This document shows, piece after piece, positions 59,465 to 64,000 of a DNA stretch of 64,000 nt. Source of the DNA: a virus; the IMG/VR virus record IMGVR_UViG_3300040801_002948, positions 1 to 64,000 of that record; one strand, 5' to 3'. Below the pieces are notes generated by a model that was given only the letters and a program-made list of their open reading frames with translations, searched no databases and was not told the origin of the DNA. Position 1 is the first letter of the stretch; the number at the start of each line of letters is the position of its first letter. The translations under genes and the position numbers were made by a program.

Positions 59465-62400
59465 CAGCGTTATTTGCGCTTGTGCTTTGTGGGTTTTCTT
59501 CTTTAGCACAAACAGACCCGGTGACAAGGGTGAAACCGTACAGAATTGAAGGTAGCGCCGCGCCGGGGCAAGTTATTGTTGCAGACGCTGAAAATGATGG
59601 CCGGTGGAATGACAGCTTGGTTTATTGGCAAGGCTTTTTGACAATTAACGGCGACACGGCAATAACTGAATGGCAAATTGTTGATGAATTTCAAATTGCT
59701 TCAGACATTTTGACAATTAGTTTGTCAAATGATGGGCAAGCGCCGCTTTCGGTTGACTTGTCGGCTTACCTTGATAATACAGACACGCAAGATTTATCTT
59801 TTGCGGGCACTACCCTTTCCCTGACCGATGGGGGAAGCGTTGACCTTTCCAGCTTGCAAGACGGCACCGGGACTGATGACCAAACGCTTTCTTTAGCTGG
59901 CAATACTCTTTCTATTGAAGACGGGAACAGCGTTGACCTTTCCGGCATTAGTAGTCAAGACAACCAAACAGTTGATACATTCAGTTTGTCCGGAACAGTC
60001 CTGACCTTTGCATTGGAGCGGGACAACGAAAGCCCTTACACAGTTGACCTTTCGGGATTACAGGACGGCACCGGAACAGACGACCAAAATTTAACCCTTG
60101 CAGGCAATACGCTTTCTATTGAATCGGGCAATAGTGTAAGCCTTGCGGCCTACCTTGATAATACAGACACGCAAGATTTATCTTTTGCAGGCACTACCCT
60201 TTCTTTGACTGACGGCGGAAGCGTTGACCTTTCGAGCCTGCAAGACGGAACCGGTACAGACGATCAGCAAGTAAACACATTTAGCCTGTCAGGCACTGAT
60301 TTGACGCTTGAAATTGAAAGCGATGGTCAAGCACCGCATATTGTTGATTTGTCCAGCTTACAAGACGGCACCGGAACTGATAGCCAAACCCTTTCTTTTG
60401 CTATTGCTTCCGGCGATTTGTCTATATCTTCAGGCAATACAGTAAACATTCCAGCGATGGCCGGCGCAACGTCATCAGCGGACGGTGAACAAGGCTTTGT
60501 TCCTAAACCTACGGCAGGTGAAGAAAATCTTTTCTTGCGCGGCGATGGCACTTGGGGCAATCCTACCACTGGCGGCGATAATTGGGGAAGCCAAGTTGCG
60601 CAAACATCAGGCTTTATTGGCGGCGATGGCACGGGCCCTAACGCTATCAGCCTGATTCAAAACGGCGCGTCAAATGGACAAGGTTTAATTTACGATTCAG
60701 GCGCGGGCGAATGGACAGCGCGCGCCCAACTTGACAGCCAAAGTTTGAGCTTCGCAGGCACCACGCTTTCCCTGACAAATGGCGGAAGCGTTGACCTTTC
60801 CATTTTGCAGGACGGCACCGGCACAGATGACCAACAAATTCAGCTATTTAGTTTGTCTGGCACTACTTTAGAAATAGACCTTGAAGGTGACGCTTCAAGC
60901 CCGCATACAGTCAATCTTTCGAGCCTTCAGGACGGCACCGGCACAGACGATCAGAAAGTAAACACATTTAGCCTGTCAGGTACTGACTTGACCCTTGAGA
61001 TTGAAGGCGATGGCCAAGCGCCACACGTTGTTGACCTTTCGAGCCTTCAGGACGGCACCGGCACTGATGACCAAAACTTAACCCTTGCAAGCAATACGCT
61101 TTCTATTGAATCAGGAAACAGTGTGAGCCTTGCAGCTTACCTTGACAACACAGACACACAAGACTTATCTTTGGCGGGCACTACCCTTTCCTTGACTAAT
61201 GGCGGCAGCGTTGACCTTTCCGGGTATCTTGATAACACAGATAGGCAAACCGTTGACACTTTCAGTCTATCCGGAACAATTTTGACCCTTACCTTAGAAA
61301 ATGACAACGAAACGCCTTATTCAGTCAACCTTTCGAGCCTTCAGGACGGCACAGGGACGGATAATCAAGCATTAAGTTACGGCGGCGGTGGTTCATTGTC
61401 TATTAGCAATGGAAACAGTGTTGACCTTTCAGACTTGCTTGACAACACGGACACGCAAGATTTATCTTTAGCGGGCACTACCCTTTCCCTGACCAATGGC
61501 GGAAGCGTTGACCTTTCCGGAATAGTTGGTGACGATGATTGGCGGTTTACTGGCACTGAAAATCATTCAAGCCATGCTTTCAGAATAGGCCAAACAAGCA
61601 TTGGCACGTCTTCAAGCGGGTATGGTTTGCGCGTTGACACTAACTTTCAGTTTAATGTTTACGGAAACGCCAATACATTTGACTGGCAAGACGGCACCGG
61701 AAGAAGTGTTGACAAAGGTTTAATGTGGGAAGGCGCGGGCGGTTCGGACGGTTCGGGCCCAAAGGCTGGCACAAACAACAGCTTTATTTTGTCAACAGAT
61801 GACGCGGCAATTGGCGCAAATGATGTTTTAGGCAGTATTTTGTTTTCAGGTGAAGCGCCGGGCCTTGGAGCGGTCAGGCGGTCAGCAATGATAAAAGCTT
61901 ACGCTTCCGCCGGTTGGACATCTTTAAACAATGCCACTGATTTAAGCTTTTACGCAGTGCCTTCAGGAAGCACTACCCTATCAAGAATAATGAGCTTAAA
62001 AGCCAATGAACGCATTGAATTGCCTTCTTATTCAGGCTTTTCAGATGGCATTCCAGACTATTTTATTGGCATGAGCAACGCGGAAGAATTGACGCGGCAC
62101 AGCATCGCTGGAACGGCTTCTGATGGGAAGGTGCTAAAGCTTGATTCAGGCGGTCTTTCTTGGCAAGATGACAATGAAGGCGCGGCGGCCGTATCTGTTG
62201 ATTTGAACTTACTTAGGGACACGATAGAAGTCACCGGGCACGGCTTTACGGCAAGCCAAACACCAATACCGTTTTTTGTTGACAGGTCATCAGGCAGCGT
62301 TGGCAATATAGGTGCAGCAGTCAACAGTTCAGATGAAAAAACGCACAGCGGTTTTATTGTTGAAGTGCTAAGTGTTGACAGCCTAGTTGTTGCCACCGGC

Positions 62401-63921
62401 GGTGTGTTTAATAAGTCCGGGCACGGGTATTTAATTGGGCGCGACTATTTTACCACGGGTACAGCGCACAGCTATGACACTATAGCGCCGGCCGGGCAGA
62501 TAAACGACTTTGTTTGGACAGTATTGGACGCTAACAGGCTTCTTTTGAAGGATGTTCGGCCTTATGACCCTTCAGATGACAGCGGGGCAAGCGGCGGCCT
62601 TTGGTTTTCCAACGGCACTATTGCTGAATTTGTCCCTGCTTCAGACACGCTTGGTGTTGGCGGCGTTAATGGCATTTCTGTTGATGTTTTTTCTGATAGC
62701 CTTCAAATAGGTCTTGACCTTGCCGGGCTGACTTCGCCTTCTGTTGATGGCGCTGACTTTATGCTTGTGGAAGATCAAAGCACCGGGCTTGCTTACCGGG
62801 CAACTGTTTCTGATATAGCCGGGGCGGGAACAGCGCAAAGCCTGTCTATAACAGAAGCTACCGGAGAATTGTCCATTAGCAGCGGGAATACTGTTGACCT
62901 TTCCGAACTAATTGATGAACAGGTAAACACTTTGCTTGTTGCCGGTTCAAATATAACGTTGACTTACGATGACAGCGCAAACACTTTAACTGTTGATGCT
63001 GACGATACGCAAGATTTAAGCCTTGTTGGAAACAGCCTTCAGCTTGTCAACGGCGGAAGCGTTGACCTTTCCGGATATCTTGACAACACGGACAGCCAAA
63101 CCTTGTCTTTTAATGTAGGCGCGGGCGAATTAAGCATTTCCGGGGGCAACACAATTAATATTTCTGACATCAATACAGATGACCAAACATTAAGCTTTGA
63201 CAATGCCGCTTGGACGGTTTCAATAAGCGATGGCAACACAATTGACATTGGCGAATTGATTGAAGATAAAATGAGCGCAACGATAGTTGGCGGCACTGAT
63301 ATTGAAGCGGTTTACAATGACGTGCTGAATGAAGTAAGGTTAAATTATACTGGCACGGGTGGTGGCGACCCTGACCAAACATTAAGCTTTACAAGCACAA
63401 GTTTGACGATATCCGGCACCGGCGGCAATACTGTTGATATCAGCCACGCGGCAACACATTTGCGCGCCGGGGCTGATGAAATAGACGGCGACCAAATTGA
63501 TATTGACTGGAACCCAATAGGCAGTTATACGCCTTCTTCCGCGCCTTCTGAAGTCTCGCACCCTGACCACTTGACTGCGCACCTTTACGGTATTGGTGAA
63601 AAGCTCTCTGAATTAATGCCGAACAACAAAGGAAGCCAAACTTCCGGGGCAATAGATTGGAATGGCAAATACAATGGCTTTGTGCCTATTAGCATGACAG
63701 GCGCTTCCTCAAAAACAATTACGATGACAGGTGCATTAAGCGGGGGCGGGGCTTACATTATTCGCTTCACAGGTGCTGATGACACTGATACGGTAACGTG
63801 GCCGGCAAATGTCGAATATGAAGACGGGTCAGCCGTTGGCACTGATATTTTAGCAGATGGGCGGCGAATGGTGCAAATGTATTATGACGGCACAGACTAT
63901 ATAATTGCAGGCGGATATTAA
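59446..63921 (+). CDS. giant repetitive tail-fibre-like protein (1491 aa) with signal-peptide-like N-terminus
   Basis: N-terminus MEKVKIAALFALVLCGFSSLAQ. At least 30 copies of a ~20-aa unit (xLSLxGxTLSLxxGGSVDLSxLQDGTGTDDQ / YLDNTDTQ). GFVPKPTAGEENLFLRGDGTW is a motif I associate with phage fibre proteins. Confidence 0.7.
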   Translation: MEKVKIAALFALVLCGFSSLAQTDPVTRVKPYRIEGSAAPGQVIVADAENDGRWNDSLVYWQGFLTINGDTAITEWQIVDEFQIASDILTISLSNDGQAPLSVDLSAYLDNTDTQDLSFAGTTLSLTDGGSVDLSSLQDGTGTDDQTLSLAGNTLSIEDGNSVDLSGISSQDNQTVDTFSLSGTVLTFALERDNESPYTVDLSGLQDGTGTDDQNLTLAGNTLSIESGNSVSLAAYLDNTDTQDLSFAGTTLSLTDGGSVDLSSLQDGTGTDDQQVNTFSLSGTDLTLEIESDGQAPHIVDLSSLQDGTGTDSQTLSFAIASGDLSISSGNTVNIPAMAGATSSADGEQGFVPKPTAGEENLFLRGDGTWGNPTTGGDNWGSQVAQTSGFIGGDGTGPNAISLIQNGASNGQGLIYDSGAGEWTARAQLDSQSLSFAGTTLSLTNGGSVDLSILQDGTGTDDQQIQLFSLSGTTLEIDLEGDASSPHTVNLSSLQDGTGTDDQKVNTFSLSGTDLTLEIEGDGQAPHVVDLSSLQDGTGTDDQNLTLASNTLSIESGNSVSLAAYLDNTDTQDLSLAGTTLSLTNGGSVDLSGYLDNTDRQTVDTFSLSGTILTLTLENDNETPYSVNLSSLQDGTGTDNQALSYGGGGSLSISNGNSVDLSDLLDNTDTQDLSLAGTTLSLTNGGSVDLSGIVGDDDWRFTGTENHSSHAFRIGQTSIGTSSSGYGLRVDTNFQFNVYGNANTFDWQDGTGRSVDKGLMWEGAGGSDGSGPKAGTNNSFILSTDDAAIGANDVLGSILFSGEAPGLGAVRRSAMIKAYASAGWTSLNNATDLSFYAVPSGSTTLSRIMSLKANERIELPSYSGFSDGIPDYFIGMSNAEELTRHSIAGTASDGKVLKLDSGGLSWQDDNEGAAAVSVDLNLLRDTIEVTGHGFTASQTPIPFFVDRSSGSVGNIGAAVNSSDEKTHSGFIVEVLSVDSLVVATGGVFNKSGHGYLIGRDYFTTGTAHSYDTIAPAGQINDFVWTVLDANRLLLKDVRPYDPSDDSGASGGLWFSNGTIAEFVPASDTLGVGGVNGISVDVFSDSLQIGLDLAGLTSPSVDGADFMLVEDQSTGLAYRATVSDIAGAGTAQSLSITEATGELSISSGNTVDLSELIDEQVNTLLVAGSNITLTYDDSANTLTVDADDTQDLSLVGNSLQLVNGGSVDLSGYLDNTDSQTLSFNVGAGELSISGGNTINISDINTDDQTLSFDNAAWTVSISDGNTIDIGELIEDKMSATIVGGTDIEAVYNDVLNEVRLNYTGTGGGDPDQTLSFTSTSLTISGTGGNTVDISHAATHLRAGADEIDGDQIDIDWNPIGSYTPSSAPSEVSHPDHLTAHLYGIGEKLSELMPNNKGSQTSGAIDWNGKYNGFVPISMTGASSKTITMTGALSGGGAYIIRFTGADDTDTVTWPANVEYEDGSAVGTDILADGRRMVQMYYDGTDYIIAGGY
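59707..61520 (+). repeat. intragenic tandem/higher-order repeat region 1 of the fibre gene
   Basis: DNA-level near-identical blocks, for example 59761-59885 vs 60141-60265, 60055-60185 vs 61040-61170, and 60241-60355 vs 60925-61040. Interrupted by a unique insert at about 60440-60735. Confidence 0.8.
62830..63440 (+). repeat. intragenic repeat region 2 of the fibre gene (more diverged units)
   Basis: Units LSITEATGELSISSGNTVDLSEL, DLSLVGNSLQLVNGGSVDLSGYLDNTD, TLSFNVGAGELSISGGNTINISD, and others. Confidence 0.7.
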
Positions 63922-63933
63922 AAAAAAGGAAGT

Positions 63934-64000
63934 ATGAAAGCTTTTTTGTCAACGTTTTTCTTGGTCTTGCCCTTTGTTTTAAATGGGCAATTTTATGCGC
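63934..64000 (+). CDS. partial ORF (5' end only) with signal-peptide-like N-terminus
   Basis: MKAFLSTFFLVLPFVLNGQFYA... runs off the window. Confidence 0.4.
   Translation, partial: MKAFLSTFFLVLPFVLNGQFYA

Noticed and set aside
1-64000. I looked for tRNA/tmRNA genes, an integrase, attachment-site repeats, transposases and a lysogeny repressor/Cro switch.
   Set aside because: I saw no cloverleaf-like GTTCGAATC-type T-arm in the intergenic regions and no recombinase motifs (tyrosine or serine) in any ORF. Absence by eye is not proof, so a tRNA scanner and HMM search should be run.

Overview
The window reads as one contiguous stretch of a tailed dsDNA phage or prophage genome. No rRNA, tRNA, CRISPR array, integrase or transposase was recognised. 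All annotation is by eye from the sequence and the ORF track, with no database search, so functional calls are motif-level and most small ORFs stay hypothetical. Some starts were moved from the ORF-track start to an internal ATG. Coding is almost entirely on the + strand; the exception is a four-gene inverted island at 41.4-42.8 kb. The host is probably a member of the Bacteroidota. Three things support this: no Shine-Dalgarno sequences are visible, start codons sit in A/C-rich G-poor contexts, and the recurrent promoter matches the Bacteroidota -33 TTTG / -7 TAnnTTTG consensus.

Modules:
- 0.7-7.2 kb, replication: replisome-organizer-like gene with embedded iterons, prim-pol/helicase fusion, SSB, RuvC-like resolvase.
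- 7.3-24.8 kb: many small or membrane ORFs, plus a DnaQ-like exonuclease, a PD-(D/E)XK-like nuclease, a short C5-cytosine methyltransferase-like protein, an HNH endonuclease and two wHTH proteins.
- 24.9-26.8 kb: small and large terminase.
- 27.6-37.4 kb: a dense array of self-contained mini-operons encoding unrelated small proteins, including an Amidase_3 endolysin.
- 37.4-41.4 kb: a translationally coupled block containing a subtilisin-like S8 protease.
- 42.9-51.0 kb, tail: 1182-aa tape measure, then Dit/Tal-position genes.
- 51.6-57.9 kb, head: ClpP-like protease/scaffold, major capsid candidate, portal candidate.
- 58.0-64.0 kb: three ORFs with signal-peptide-like N-termini, one of them a 1491-aa highly repetitive fibre-like protein.

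The most striking signal is a conserved module of about 70-100 nt. It consists of a T-rich block, the 13-bp palindrome CCAAATAATTTGG over the -33, a TATATTTG -7 box, and a roughly 30-nt CA-rich leader ending AAAACCACACAG..ATG. It is present in at least 18 full and about 5 decayed copies. Two short reverse-complement 'anti-leader' copies lie between a stop codon and an intrinsic terminator.
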